Below, piece by piece: positions 27,319 to 37,458 of a stretch of 46,425 nucleotides of DNA. The number at the start of each line of letters is the position of its first letter. The stretch's first letter is position 1. Below the pieces are notes generated by a model. That model saw only the letters and a program-made list of their open reading frames with translations, was not told where the DNA came from and did no database searches. Both the position numbers and the translations under genes were made by a program. The stretch spans positions 1 to 46,425 of the forward strand of contig VGRE01000003.1 in assembly GCA_016875435.1 (NCBI GenBank), in the 5' to 3' direction. Origin of the DNA: Deltaproteobacteria bacterium. Lineage in GTDB: Bacteria > Myxococcota_A > UBA796 > SXON01.

Positions 27319-28910
27319 AGCGCGTACTCCACCTCGATCACCGACCCGCCCGGCGGGATGTGGTCGTCGTCGAAGTCGACTGCCTGGTCGACATCGTTGT
27401 AGGTCCAGCCGTCGGCCTGGAGCACGCCGTCGATGCGGACCTCGATGGTCTCCGGCACGGGCGGCTGGGTGAGCTCGAAGCTTGACAGGTCGATCTTCGA
27501 GGCCTCGGCGATCGATTCGAGGTGGCTTGCCCAGTCGGTGGCACACACCGAGAGGTAGAGGCCGCCGGTGGCCACCGACATGTAGTAGAACTTGTCGCTC
27601 GAAGAGGCGCCGACGCAGCCGCTCGGCCAGTCGCCGGCGATGGCGCTCGCCATCACGAGGTCGGTGTCGTCCTTGAGCGACCAGAAGTGGTTCATGTAGG
27701 TAGACCAGTCGCCTGTGCTCGAGTCGGGCTCGTCGGTCACCACGATGAGCGAGAACTTCGAGTCGTCGCGCAAGAAGTCGCTGCCGGGGCCGGCGTCGCC
27801 GCCCGCCTGGGTGGCGTTGTAGGCCATCTCGGCGGGGCGCTCGTCACCGGAGCCGCTGGTGCCCGCGAGGGCCTGGGCGATGAACTCGTCTTCGAGATCG
27901 GGCGTATCGGGCGTGATGATGTCGCCGCGGAAGTCGGGGTTGTCGGTGGTGATCACGCCCACCTGGTAGTCGTAGTCGGCGCCGGCGAGCACCGACGCGA
28001 AGCTGGCGAAGTTGTCGGCGAGGTTGGTCTGCTCCTCGGCCATCGAGCAGGAGTTGTCGATGACGAAGAGGATGTCGGTCGTGGACTGGCGCGACTGCTC
28101 GAACACGTCGAGGTTCTCGCCGTAGAGCTCGCCGGAGCCGGCCTGCTGCGCCTGCGCCTCGCCCTGCAAGGGGTCGTTGCTCGTCACCACCACGAAGCTC
28201 TCGTCGGGGTAGTCGTCGAGCGGGGCGTAGTTGACGTAGACCTCGCGGCTTTCGCCCGGCCCGATTGTCCAGGGCAAGTCGCCGTTGATGACGGTGTTGT
28301 CGTCGAGCGACATGTCGTCGCTGGCGGTGACGTAGTCGAAATCGCTCACCACGAGGTCGGCGTTGCCGATGTTGCTGATGCTGACCGGCTGGCTGCCGTC
28401 GCAGCCGATGTACACGGTGCCGAAGCTGTACGACACCGGGTCGAGCTGGATGATCGGGGCCACGCCCGAGCCGCTGAGCTTGACCAGCGTGCTCGCCTCG
28501 TCGGGATCGTTGCTCTCGATCACGATGTTGGTGCCGTTGTCTTCCGCCGTGATGGGCGCGTAGGTGACGGTGAAGGTGGTGGAGGTGCCGGGCGGGATCA
28601 GGATCGCGCCGATGGCGGAGTAGCTGAAGGGCTGCGCGGTGTCGGCCAGGTAGAGGTCGTCGATGTTGAGCGAGCCATCGCCCACGTTTCTGACGGTGAC
28701 GGTTTCCGTCTTGGTCTCGCCCTCGCCCACCTGCAGCTCGCCGAAGTTGATCTTGACGGGATCCACCTCGATGTCGGGATCGCCCTCCTGGACCTCGTCG
28801 GTGATGTCGGAGGCCTTGCTCTCGATCTGGTAGTCGCTGCAGCCGAGCGCCACGAGGGCCAGCACCGGGGACAGCGCGAGGCCGGTTGACGGAAGGGTAG
28901 ACGTACACAT
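27297..28910 (-). CDS. Lipoprotein with two choice-of-anchor-D/ASH domains and a VWA domain (CglB-like)
   Basis: ATG 28910 after GGAG; LVALGC lipobox; two SNDP-ending Ig domains; MIDAS DILFVIDNSCSM, VTDE.D. Confidence 0.85.
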   Translation of the reverse strand: MCTSTLPSTGLALSPVLALVALGCSDYQIESKASDITDEVQEGDPDIEVDPVKINFGELQVGEGETKTETVTVRNVGDGSLNIDDLYLADTAQPFSYSAIGAILIPPGTSTTFTVTYAPITAEDNGTNIVIESNDPDEASTLVKLSGSGVAPIIQLDPVSYSFGTVYIGCDGSQPVSISNIGNADLVVSDFDYVTASDDMSLDDNTVINGDLPWTIGPGESREVYVNYAPLDDYPDESFVVVTSNDPLQGEAQAQQAGSGELYGENLDVFEQSRQSTTDILFVIDNSCSMAEEQTNLADNFASFASVLAGADYDYQVGVITTDNPDFRGDIITPDTPDLEDEFIAQALAGTSGSGDERPAEMAYNATQAGGDAGPGSDFLRDDSKFSLIVVTDEPDSSTGDWSTYMNHFWSLKDDTDLVMASAIAGDWPSGCVGASSSDKFYYMSVATGGLYLSVCATDWASHLESIAEASKIDLSSFELTQPPVPETIEVRIDGVLQADGWTYNDVDQAVDFDDDHIPPGGSVIEVEYALYGNCAE

Positions 28911-28981
28911 GGCTAGGGCTCCGAGACTCGGGCCCATTAACGACACGGCCCCCCCCGTTGTGACAAGAGGAAAATTGCAAT

Positions 28982-30895
28982 TCACCTCACGATGGAGCCT
29001 GGTGCCACCTCGTGCAACGGGCTGAGCAACGACGCGATGTCGGCCCCGCCCGCCGCGAGAAGCATGCCGCGCGACTCGACGCCGCGCAGCATCGCCGGCG
29101 CGAGGTTGGTGACGACGACGATCCGCTTACCCACCAGCACCTCCGGCGCGTAGTGCTTGGCGATGCCGGCGACGATCTGGCGCGGCTCCGTCTCGCCGAC
29201 GTCGACCTGGAGCACCAGGAGGCGGTCGGCGTTGGGGTGCTTCTCGGCGCTCACGACGAGGCCCACGCGCAGGGCCACCCTGCTGAAGTCTTCGTAGGTG
29301 ATGGTGTCGGACATGGGTACTTCCTTGATTGCTGGGGGCTCGGGTTCGGGCGGAGGCGTCTTGGCCTCGCGCCGCATGAAGAGCGGATCGCCGGCGCGGG
29401 CCGCGTTGCCCTCGGGCAGCACGTCGAGGCACACGCGCAGGTCGGGGGTGGCGAGGCCCAGTCGCGACAGCACCTCGGTGCAGGACCGGGGGCACACGCA
29501 CCACAGGTGCGAGGCCACCATGCGCTGTACCTCTTGCACCACGCGGAGCACCGTCGCTAGTCGCGCGCTGTTGCATGCCTTGGCCAGGGCCCACGGCGCC
29601 TCGCTGTCCACGTACTTGTTGGTTGCGCGGACCAGCTCCCACAGGCCTTCCAGTGCCTGCCGGAACTGCAGGCCCTCGATCTCGGTGCGGAAGGTGGCCG
29701 TGGCGCGCCGGGCCACGTCGAGCAGGGCCTCGTCGCCCGCGGTGAAGCCGGCGGCCGGGCCGAGCGGGGTGGCGGCCCACTTGCTCACCCGGTGTACGAG
29801 GTTGCTGAAGTCGTTGACGAGGTCGCTGTTGATGCGGAGCAGGAAGGCGGCGTCGGAGTACTCGCCGTCGTAGCCGAAGGGGATCTCGCGCAGCATGAAG
29901 TAGCGCACCGCGTCGGGACCGAAGTCGTCGAGCAGGACGCTGGGGTTGACGACGTTGCCCACCGACTTCGACATCTTGGCGCGGTTCATCAGCCACCAGC
30001 CGTGGGCGTAGACCTGCCGCGGCGGCTCGAGGCCGAGCGCCAGGAGCATCGAGAACCAGTACACGGTGTGGAAGGTGAGGATGTCCTTGCCGACAAGGTG
30101 CGCGTCGGCGGGCCAGTAGCGAGCGCGCTCGGGGCCGAGGGCGCTGACGTAGTTGGTCAGCGCGTCGAACCACACGTAGGTGACGTAGTCCTCGTCGAAG
30201 GGCAGCGGGATGCCCCAGGAGAGCCGCGCGGCGGGGCGGCTGATGCACAGGTCGCCGAGCGGCTTGCGCAGGAAGCCGAGCACCTCGTTGCGACGGTGGG
30301 CGGGCTGCACGCACCCCGGGTGTTCCTCGATCCATCGCACCAGGCGGTCCTGGTAGGCGCTCATCCTGAAGAAGTAGTTCAGCTCGGTGAGCAGCTCGAC
30401 CGGCGCGCCCGAGTCGGGGCACACCGGGGTGAGCTTCCCCGCCTTGAGTTCCTCGACTGTCCCCTCGGCGGCGGCCGCCACCTCCTCGTCGGTCCAGAAG
30501 CGCTCGGCGGAAGTGGAGTACCAGCCGGTGTAGGGGGCGGAGTAGATCTCGCGCTGGTCCCACAACTGTTGGAGGAAGCCGCGTACCACTTCCTTGTGTC
30601 GCGACTCGGTGGTGCGGATGAAGTCGTCGTACTGGATGTCGAGGCGGGTCCAGAGATCGACGAACCGGCGGACGGTGAGGTCGCAGTGTTCCTGCGGCGT
30701 GCGACCGAGCTTCGCGGCGGCGCGCATCACCTTCTGGCCATGCTCGTCGGTGCCGGTGAGGAAGCGCACGTCGCGACCGTTGAGCCGGTGCCAGCGGGCG
30801 ATCGTGTCGGCGGCGATGGTGGTGTAGGCGTGCCCGATGTGGGGCACGTCGTTGACGTAGTAGATCGGCGTCGTGATGTAGAAGCGCTCGGACAC
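28982..30895 (-). CDS. metG: Methionine--tRNA ligase with C-terminal Trbp111/EMAP-like tRNA-binding domain
   Basis: YITTPIYYVND.PHIGH, GTDEHG, YVWFDAL.NY, KMSKS, C-terminal HPNAD.L...RQIVAGI...NL.P..LRGVES.GM. Confidence 0.97.
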   Translation of the reverse strand: MSERFYITTPIYYVNDVPHIGHAYTTIAADTIARWHRLNGRDVRFLTGTDEHGQKVMRAAAKLGRTPQEHCDLTVRRFVDLWTRLDIQYDDFIRTTESRHKEVVRGFLQQLWDQREIYSAPYTGWYSTSAERFWTDEEVAAAAEGTVEELKAGKLTPVCPDSGAPVELLTELNYFFRMSAYQDRLVRWIEEHPGCVQPAHRRNEVLGFLRKPLGDLCISRPAARLSWGIPLPFDEDYVTYVWFDALTNYVSALGPERARYWPADAHLVGKDILTFHTVYWFSMLLALGLEPPRQVYAHGWWLMNRAKMSKSVGNVVNPSVLLDDFGPDAVRYFMLREIPFGYDGEYSDAAFLLRINSDLVNDFSNLVHRVSKWAATPLGPAAGFTAGDEALLDVARRATATFRTEIEGLQFRQALEGLWELVRATNKYVDSEAPWALAKACNSARLATVLRVVQEVQRMVASHLWCVCPRSCTEVLSRLGLATPDLRVCLDVLPEGNAARAGDPLFMRREAKTPPPEPEPPAIKEVPMSDTITYEDFSRVALRVGLVVSAEKHPNADRLLVLQVDVGETEPRQIVAGIAKHYAPEVLVGKRIVVVTNLAPAMLRGVESRGMLLAAGGADIASLLSPLHEVAPGSIVR

Positions 30896-30987
30896 GGAAC
30901 CTTCTGCCGGTTGGGCTGCGGCGCTTATCCCTACGCACCCTTTGGCGCCGGGCGAGCGTGGCTGCCGCGAGATAGCGCGGTCCCGCC

Positions 30988-31875
30988 ATGTTCCGCGCCT
31001 TCGGCTACTCCAACGACACCGTGGACACCCAGAACCCCGGCCGGCTCTGCCGCGGCCGCGAGCGCTGGCTCGACGGCCTGCCCGACACCCAGCCCGGCAT
31101 GGTGTTTCGCACCATCACCAGCGGCGCCGTGTTCTCCGACGACAGCGCCCGCGACGCCCGGCGTGGATTTCGGCACAGCGGCGTTTCGGCGGGTGCGCTG
31201 CTCGCGGCGCTGTTCCCCGGCGCCCGGGTGTACGCCTTCGCGAACGCGGGCGACCCGCTCGCCCTGCCGCGGGGCATGGCGCTGGAGGAAGACTGGACCT
31301 ACCTGCGCCACGGGGGGGTGCAGCAGCGCGCGGCGGTGCGCTGGATCGCGCCGGTCGAGGGCGCCGGCGTAGACGACATGATGGCCGGCGAGCGCGATGG
31401 CGTGGCCTGCCCCCGCGCCGACGGCTTCGTGGTGATCGAGGGCGAGCCCACCCCAGAGCTGGCCGACGCGCTCTACCACCTCTGCGGCTTCGCCCACCCC
31501 GACGGGCAGCCGGCCGAGCTGTACGCCGCCACCGCGCTCCCCGAGGTGCTCGAGCACGCGCGGGCAGTGGTGCTCCTCCACCTCGACAAGCATGGCCCCG
31601 GGCTGGCCATCTGCACCACGGAACCCCTCGAGGCCGATGGCACCCTCCGCGGCGTGGCCGAGGCGGCGGGAGCCTTTCCCGTGCCCTTCGCCATCCCGCC
31701 CATGCTCGCGCGCTGGGACCGGGCGCTCTACGAGATGCGCCTCGACTGGGACGTCGAGACGCAGGGCGAGTTTCCCGTCCCGCCCGCCGACGACGCTGGC
31801 GGGCGCTGGTCGGCCCGATCGCGGCGGATCGGGCAGGTGCGGGAAGACGAGGTGCCGGAGGGCGGGGAGGAGTAG
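30988..31875 (+). CDS. Hypothetical protein (295 aa)
   Basis: Long ORF with normal codon bias filling the gap between metG and the Wzi-like gene; no family recognised. Confidence 0.75.
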   Translation: MFRAFGYSNDTVDTQNPGRLCRGRERWLDGLPDTQPGMVFRTITSGAVFSDDSARDARRGFRHSGVSAGALLAALFPGARVYAFANAGDPLALPRGMALEEDWTYLRHGGVQQRAAVRWIAPVEGAGVDDMMAGERDGVACPRADGFVVIEGEPTPELADALYHLCGFAHPDGQPAELYAATALPEVLEHARAVVLLHLDKHGPGLAICTTEPLEADGTLRGVAEAAGAFPVPFAIPPMLARWDRALYEMRLDWDVETQGEFPVPPADDAGGRWSARSRRIGQVREDEVPEGGEE

Positions 31876-31878
31876 CCG

Positions 31879-33312
31879 TCAGTTCGACGACAACGACGGC
31901 CCCACCGCGAGCCCCGCCAGCACCCGGTGCTCCACCGCGTCGTTCCCGGGGACAAAATCGCGACCGCTCACGCTCCCCAGCTCGTAGGACAGCGTGTACC
32001 AGCCGCCCTGCCACCGCACGTCGGCGGCGAGGCCGCCGCGGTAGCCCTGCTCGGCGGTGGGAAAGGTGAACAGGCGGTCGTTTCGAGCCTCCACCACGCC
32101 CACGCGGTGCACCCAGTCGCCCCAGAGTCGCCCGCGCCAGCCCTCGCCCCAGTAGGCCACCTGCGCCCACATCGTCTCGCTGTCGGGGCCGCCGAAGTGG
32201 CCCATCACCCGGCCGTCTTGCTGGAAACCCTCGTGGTACACGCGGTGGCCGACGTACCAGCGGAAGTAGTCGTCCATGAGCCGCGAGTACTCGGCCGTCA
32301 CCACCACGGGCCGCAGCGACACCTCGCCGCCGTAGAGGTTCCCGACCCCGGCCAGCGCCGGGTACTCGAGGCCCCCGACGTCACGCATGATCATGTCTTC
32401 CCCGCCGTACTCCCACCACCCTTCCACGTGGTGCACCGGGCCGCCGATCCACTTTCGCAGCGGCAAGCTCACGCGGACGTGGATGTTGGCCAGCTCGTTC
32501 TGGTCGGGCAACACCAGGTCGGGATCGTCGTACACGTGCGGTTCGCTTGGGACGATGAGCTGCCCGATGTCCACGTCGGGGCGCCCCTCGCCGCCGAAGA
32601 TCGACAGTCGCGTGGCGCCAATCTCCACCTGTGGCACCGGCATGTAGCGGAGGTCCATCAACAGGAGCCCCGGGTTGGCCACGTCGGTGCGCGGCTCGCC
32701 GAGCCAGCCCACGCCCAGCTCGCCGCGAAAACGCCCGGCCTTGCTCGCGACGCCCGGCAGGCGACCATCGCCGCCGCCGTTGACCATCCACGGGGCCACG
32801 GCGTTGTTGGACAGCGCGATCGTCCCGTGGCGGCCGGGGCCCAGCCAGCGGTCTTGCCGCCCGAAGCCGAGCCAGCCCTGCCCGGTGTCGACGCCCGCCC
32901 AGGCCTCGGGGATCACGTAGGCACCGTCGACATCGTCGATGGCATCGATGCCGCCCGCGCCGGTGAAGCGGGCGACGAAGGGGCCGGCGTAGAGCGCGCC
33001 GCGCAGGCCCAGGCGAGGTGACAACAGCCGCGCCTCGGCATCGCCCGAGCGATTGTCGGGCGCGAGCGTGCCGGCGGCCAGGGTGAAGCTCGGGCGCAAG
33101 TCGTAGCGCACGGCGAGCGACGACGCGTCGCGACTGCATTCGACCGCCAGCAGCGGCGTGGGACAGGCCCCCATGAGGGCGGCGCGCGACGCGGCCTCGG
33201 GCGCCATCGAGGCGAAGGCGTCGATGCCCTCGTCGCGGGCGGACTGGCCGGCGGCGGCGGCGATCCAGTCCACCTCGGGGTCGGCGGCGAGGGCGAGCGG
33301 GACGAGCAGCAC
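31879..33312 (-). CDS. Capsule assembly Wzi-like outer-membrane beta-barrel protein
   Basis: GR..RWLGPGRHG...LSNNA, FGGEGR, QNELA, EYGGED, GH..GPDS; very short leader MLLVPLALA. Confidence 0.7.
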   Translation of the reverse strand: MLLVPLALAADPEVDWIAAAAGQSARDEGIDAFASMAPEAASRAALMGACPTPLLAVECSRDASSLAVRYDLRPSFTLAAGTLAPDNRSGDAEARLLSPRLGLRGALYAGPFVARFTGAGGIDAIDDVDGAYVIPEAWAGVDTGQGWLGFGRQDRWLGPGRHGTIALSNNAVAPWMVNGGGDGRLPGVASKAGRFRGELGVGWLGEPRTDVANPGLLLMDLRYMPVPQVEIGATRLSIFGGEGRPDVDIGQLIVPSEPHVYDDPDLVLPDQNELANIHVRVSLPLRKWIGGPVHHVEGWWEYGGEDMIMRDVGGLEYPALAGVGNLYGGEVSLRPVVVTAEYSRLMDDYFRWYVGHRVYHEGFQQDGRVMGHFGGPDSETMWAQVAYWGEGWRGRLWGDWVHRVGVVEARNDRLFTFPTAEQGYRGGLAADVRWQGGWYTLSYELGSVSGRDFVPGNDAVEHRVLAGLAVGPSLSSN

Positions 33313-33394
33313 GGCGGGCCCACGCTAGCCCGTGGGCAGCGCCTCCGCTGGCGGGCCAAACACCCGGGGCCGCGGCCCGACGCGCCGGCGAGGA

Positions 33395-34753
33395 CTACTC
33401 CCGAAACCTCCCCGGATCGATCCCATGCTTGCGCAGGAGCCGGTGCATCGTCTCCCGCTCCATGGCGGCCTCGACCGCCGCGCGAGTGACGTTCCCGTCG
33501 AGGCGTCGTAAGAGCTCGCTGAAGTAGTGGCGCGCCGCCGCGGCGATGGCGCGCTCCTGGGCGGCGCGCCAGGTGCCTGCGGGGGCGGCCGGGGCCTGTC
33601 CCCCGTGCTCGGCGATCTGCGCGGGGAGAATGGTGTCGTCCTCGCAGAGCACGGCGGCCGCCTCGACCGCGTTGCGTAGCTCGCGCGCGTTCCCCGGCCA
33701 CTCGGCGCCTTCGAGCGCCGCCAGCGCCTCGGGCGAGAAACGGCGCGCCGAGGTGCCGTAGCGGGCGCTGGCGAGGTGAAGGAAACGGGCGGCGAGGAGC
33801 GCGATGTCGTCACGACGTTCTCGCAGCGGCGGCAGGTGCAGGTGCGCCACTTTCAGGCGGAAGTACAGGTCCTGGCGGAAAGTGCCCTCGCGCACCATCT
33901 TCTCCAGGTCGCGGTGGGTGGCAGCCAGCACGCGCACGTCGAGCCGGCGGGTTTCGGTGGCGCCCAGGCGGCGAATCTCGCCCTCCTCCAGCGCGCGGTT
34001 GAGCTTCACCTGGAGGGCCAGGGGCAGGTCGCCGATCTCGTCGAGGAGGAGGATGCCGCCCTGCGCCGCCTCGAAGAGCCCGGCGCGGTCCTGCGTGGCC
34101 CCGGTGTAGGCGCCCTTGCTGGCGCCGAAGAGCTCCGCCTCCAGGAGCGGCTCGGGGATGGCGCCGCAGTTCACCGCCACGAGGGGCCCCTTTCCAAACA
34201 CCCGGTGCAGCTCGCGCGCCACCACCTCTTTCCCCGTGCCCGACTCGCCGGTGAGCAGGACCGGAACGGGGAGCCGCCCGATGCGCTCGGTCCAGCGGCG
34301 CACCTCCTGGGCGGCCTTCGACTGCCCGAGGAAGGCCGAGTCGCCCGAGGTGAGGGCGGCCTCGAGCTCGCGGGTGCGCGCCACGAGGCGATGTCGCTCG
34401 GCGGCGCGGCGGACCACGCGGGCGAGATCCTCGGCCTCCACCGGCTTCGCCACGTAGTCGTAGGCGCCCGCGCGCAGGGCGGCGACGGCGGCCGACACCT
34501 CGGCGTAGGCGGTGATCAGCACCACCTCGGGCGGGGAATCGAGCGCCCGCGCGGCGGCCAGCACCTCGGTGCCGCCCGCCCCGGGCATCTTCACGTCGCT
34601 CACCACCACGTCGAAACGATCCTCGTTGAGCCTCGCGATGGCGGCGGCGCCGTCGGCGACCGCCTCCACCTCGAAGCCCGCGCCCCGCAGCGCCCGCGCG
34701 AGCAAGTCGCGGACGTTGGGGCGGTCTTCCGCCAGGAGCACGCGCTCACCCAT
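33395..34753 (-). CDS. NtrC/Fis-family sigma54-interacting response regulator (CorR-like)
   Basis: Receiver AED...SDVKMP...KP; [41 protein letters not shown]-terminal HTH. Confidence 0.93.
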   Translation of the reverse strand: MGERVLLAEDRPNVRDLLARALRGAGFEVEAVADGAAAIARLNEDRFDVVVSDVKMPGAGGTEVLAAARALDSPPEVVLITAYAEVSAAVAALRAGAYDYVAKPVEAEDLARVVRRAAERHRLVARTRELEAALTSGDSAFLGQSKAAQEVRRWTERIGRLPVPVLLTGESGTGKEVVARELHRVFGKGPLVAVNCGAIPEPLLEAELFGASKGAYTGATQDRAGLFEAAQGGILLLDEIGDLPLALQVKLNRALEEGEIRRLGATETRRLDVRVLAATHRDLEKMVREGTFRQDLYFRLKVAHLHLPPLRERRDDIALLAARFLHLASARYGTSARRFSPEALAALEGAEWPGNARELRNAVEAAAVLCEDDTILPAQIAEHGGQAPAAPAGTWRAAQERAIAAAARHYFSELLRRLDGNVTRAAVEAAMERETMHRLLRKHGIDPGRFRE

Positions 34754-35960
34754 GACCAAACTCCCACCGGGCCACGGTGCCGCCGCCCGGACGATCCTCG
34801 TGTGTCAGTGTCCCGCCCTGCGCCTCGACGATGCGCTTGCAGATGGCGAGGCCGAGCCCGGTGCCCTCGTGGCGCCCGGTGACGAAGGGCTGGTAGAGCC
34901 TCGCGCGCACCCCGGGGGGAACGCCGGCCCCCCGGTCGGCGATGGTCACGGCGTCGCGCGCGAGCGCCACCTCCACGACGGCGCCGGTCGGCGAGGCTTG
35001 CACGGCGTTGATGAGCAGGTTGTCGAGCACCTGGCGCACGGCGGTGGGCGCGGCGAGGCGCGTGGCCGGCGTGGTGCCGGTGAGCTTCACGGTGATGTCG
35101 CGAGCATCGGCCACCATCGTCACCCGGTCGATGGCGGTCGACACCGCCTCGGCGAGGTCGATGGCCACGGGCAGCTCGCGGGCCGGTCGCGCGAAGCCGA
35201 GCAGCCCCTGCACCACGTTGCGCGCGTGCTCGGCCTCAACGCGGATGGGCGAGCCGGGCTCGGCGTTGCCGAGGATCACCGCGAGCGGGTTCATCAGCTC
35301 GTGGGCCACTGCCGAGGCCATCTCGCCGAGCGCGGCGAGGCGCTCGGTTTCCACGCGGCGTCGCTCCAGGCTGCGAACGATCTGGGTCGCGACCACGGCG
35401 GCCAGGGCCGCCCCCCCGACGGCCACCACCACCGCGCCCACCCAGGCCCGCGTCGACTCGCGCGTGGCGCGAGCGAGGGCCTCTTCCTGGCGGTGGCTGA
35501 GCGCGTGGAGCACGGTGGCGATGGCGTCGCCCGTGGCCTTGGCGTGCACCTCCGCCTGCGCATGGAGCGCCATGGCGGCGTCGCGGCTCATGGTGCCGGC
35601 GCGTGCCACCGGCACCACCGATTCGGCAAACCACCAGTTGCCGGCGGCGACCGCCTCCCGGATGGGCTCGATGTCGACGTCCTCGTCGCGCGCCGCCACC
35701 AGCGCCGCGTCGACCGAGGCCACCACCTCCACGTAGTGGTCGAGGTGACCGGGCCCGCCCTCGATGAAGGTGTGGGCCTGGTGCACGTAGGCCTCCTGCG
35801 CGGTGGTGGCGAGTGACAAGAGCGCCTCCCGTTGCAGGGCGATGCGCTGGTGCTCGCGGTTGGCCTCGGCCACGCGGCTCCAACTCAAGAAGCCGAGCCC
35901 GGTCCCCAGCGCTTGCAGCGCCACGAGGCCCGCGACGGCGAGCACCACGCCGCGCTTCAC
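34746..35960 (-). CDS. Sensor histidine kinase with His-rich periplasmic domain (CorS-like)
   Basis: GTG 35960 overlaps the oxidase stop; two TM helices; AHELMNPL, NLLINA, DRGAG, GTGLGL; sensor has YVHQAH, GHLDHY, LHAQAEVH. Confidence 0.9.
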   Translation of the reverse strand: MKRGVVLAVAGLVALQALGTGLGFLSWSRVAEANREHQRIALQREALLSLATTAQEAYVHQAHTFIEGGPGHLDHYVEVVASVDAALVAARDEDVDIEPIREAVAAGNWWFAESVVPVARAGTMSRDAAMALHAQAEVHAKATGDAIATVLHALSHRQEEALARATRESTRAWVGAVVVAVGGAALAAVVATQIVRSLERRRVETERLAALGEMASAVAHELMNPLAVILGNAEPGSPIRVEAEHARNVVQGLLGFARPARELPVAIDLAEAVSTAIDRVTMVADARDITVKLTGTTPATRLAAPTAVRQVLDNLLINAVQASPTGAVVEVALARDAVTIADRGAGVPPGVRARLYQPFVTGRHEGTGLGLAICKRIVEAQGGTLTHEDRPGGGTVARWEFGHG

Positions 35961-37411
35961 TCCTCGACCGTCATCAGCCCCGCCATGCCATCCTCGGCGT
36001 GCTCGAGGATGTGACAGTGGTACATCCACTCGCCGGGGTTGTCCAGGGGGCTGGCGAAGGAGAGCGTGCTCATCGGCGGCGCGTCCCACGTATCCTTCCA
36101 GGCGGGCGGGCCCTCCACGGGCACGCCGTCGATGGCGAGGAGCTGGAAGCGGTTGCCGTGGATGTGGAAGGGGTGGTGCATCTCCGAGTCGTTCTTCACC
36201 TCGAAGAGGGTGTCGACGTTGCCCTGCACCGTCACCATGGGCACGTCGGGCCAGGCCGCGCCGTCGATGGTCACCGTCCCGCCCATCATGTCCTCGTCGA
36301 GCACCCACTGGTGGCCGAAGGTGGTGGGCACGTTGTCCTCGAAGGCTGGGATGTCGGGGGTGGGTTGCACCCAGGGCGTGCCCTCCACCTCGCCCTCGCC
36401 ATAGGTCAGGTAGAACACTGGGTTCTCCTGCTCGCCCATCGGGTCGTACTCCACCATCGAGCTGTGCTCGTCGTCGTGGAGCTGAAACCGGTTGTTCAGA
36501 AACGCGTAGGACTGGCCGGGCTCGCCGGTGGCCTCGACCAGCACCATGTAGCGCTCGCCAGGCACCACCAGCAGGTGCTCGGCCACGTAGGGCTCGGCGA
36601 GGAAACCACTGTCCGCGCCCACCACGGTCATCGTGTGACCCTCGAGGCGCACGTCCCAGAAGCGGGCGTTGGAGCTGTTGACCAGTCGCAGCAGGATCGT
36701 CTGGCCTCGCGTCACCTCGTAGCTGCGCAGCGCCCGGCCGTTGGCCATCAAGACGTTGCCGAGGCGGCCCATGAGCTGCATCATGTCGGTGTCGGGCGGG
36801 GCGATCTGGCGGGTGTCGTCGTCGAGCAGCACGTCGTCGAGCACGATGGGCAGGTCGCAGTCGGCGCGGCCCTCGCTGGCCTCGCGGATGATCATCGTGC
36901 CGTAGAGGCCGCGCTCGAGGAGCGTGTCGCCCGACATGTGGGGGTGGTACCAGTAAAAACCCGCGTCGGGGGGAACGAACTCGTAGGTGAAGGACTCGCC
37001 GGGCTGGACCGGGTCCATCATCTGCATCACGCCGTCCATCTCCGGGGTGATGCGCAGCCCGTGCCAGTGGATGGTCATCTCGGTGTCGGTGTCGTTGGTG
37101 AAGTTGACGACCACGGTGTCGCCCGCGTTGGCCTCGATGAGCGGCCCGGGGACGGTTCCGTTGAAGGCGAGCCCCGTCTCGAGGAGGGTGCCGGTGCCCG
37201 GGTCCCAGGCGAAGTCGCTGGCCACGAGGTCGAGGGTGGCGGTGCCCGCGCCGGGGGTGCTCCCAGCGGTGTAGCCGCAGGCCTCGGGCGCGGCGGGGGT
37301 GATCCAGTCGGCCTCCGTGTCGGTGCCGGTGTCGGCGGTGTCGTCGAGGTTTGCGCCGGGGGAGGACGTGTCCCTGGTGTCTTCCACGCACGCGAGGAGG
37401 AGAATCAGCAT
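35957..37411 (-). CDS. Three-domain multicopper oxidase lipoprotein (CuoA/CueO-like)
   Basis: All four Cu motifs present: HWHG, WYHPH, HPFHIHG, YHCHILEH.EDGM; MLILLLAC leader. Confidence 0.95.
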   Translation of the reverse strand: MLILLLACVEDTRDTSSPGANLDDTADTGTDTEADWITPAAPEACGYTAGSTPGAGTATLDLVASDFAWDPGTGTLLETGLAFNGTVPGPLIEANAGDTVVVNFTNDTDTEMTIHWHGLRITPEMDGVMQMMDPVQPGESFTYEFVPPDAGFYWYHPHMSGDTLLERGLYGTMIIREASEGRADCDLPIVLDDVLLDDDTRQIAPPDTDMMQLMGRLGNVLMANGRALRSYEVTRGQTILLRLVNSSNARFWDVRLEGHTMTVVGADSGFLAEPYVAEHLLVVPGERYMVLVEATGEPGQSYAFLNNRFQLHDDEHSSMVEYDPMGEQENPVFYLTYGEGEVEGTPWVQPTPDIPAFEDNVPTTFGHQWVLDEDMMGGTVTIDGAAWPDVPMVTVQGNVDTLFEVKNDSEMHHPFHIHGNRFQLLAIDGVPVEGPPAWKDTWDAPPMSTLSFASPLDNPGEWMYHCHILEHAEDGMAGLMTVEE

Positions 37412-37458
37412 GGCGCGACCCTAGCCGACTGCCGCGTTCGCCGCGCGGCGCGGCAACT

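Noticed and set aside
37411-37425. TGGCGC-N5-TAGC as a sigma54 -24/-12 promoter
   Set aside because: Imperfect -12 element; it overlaps the oxidase start and its -10 box, and the candidate activator sites would lie downstream of it
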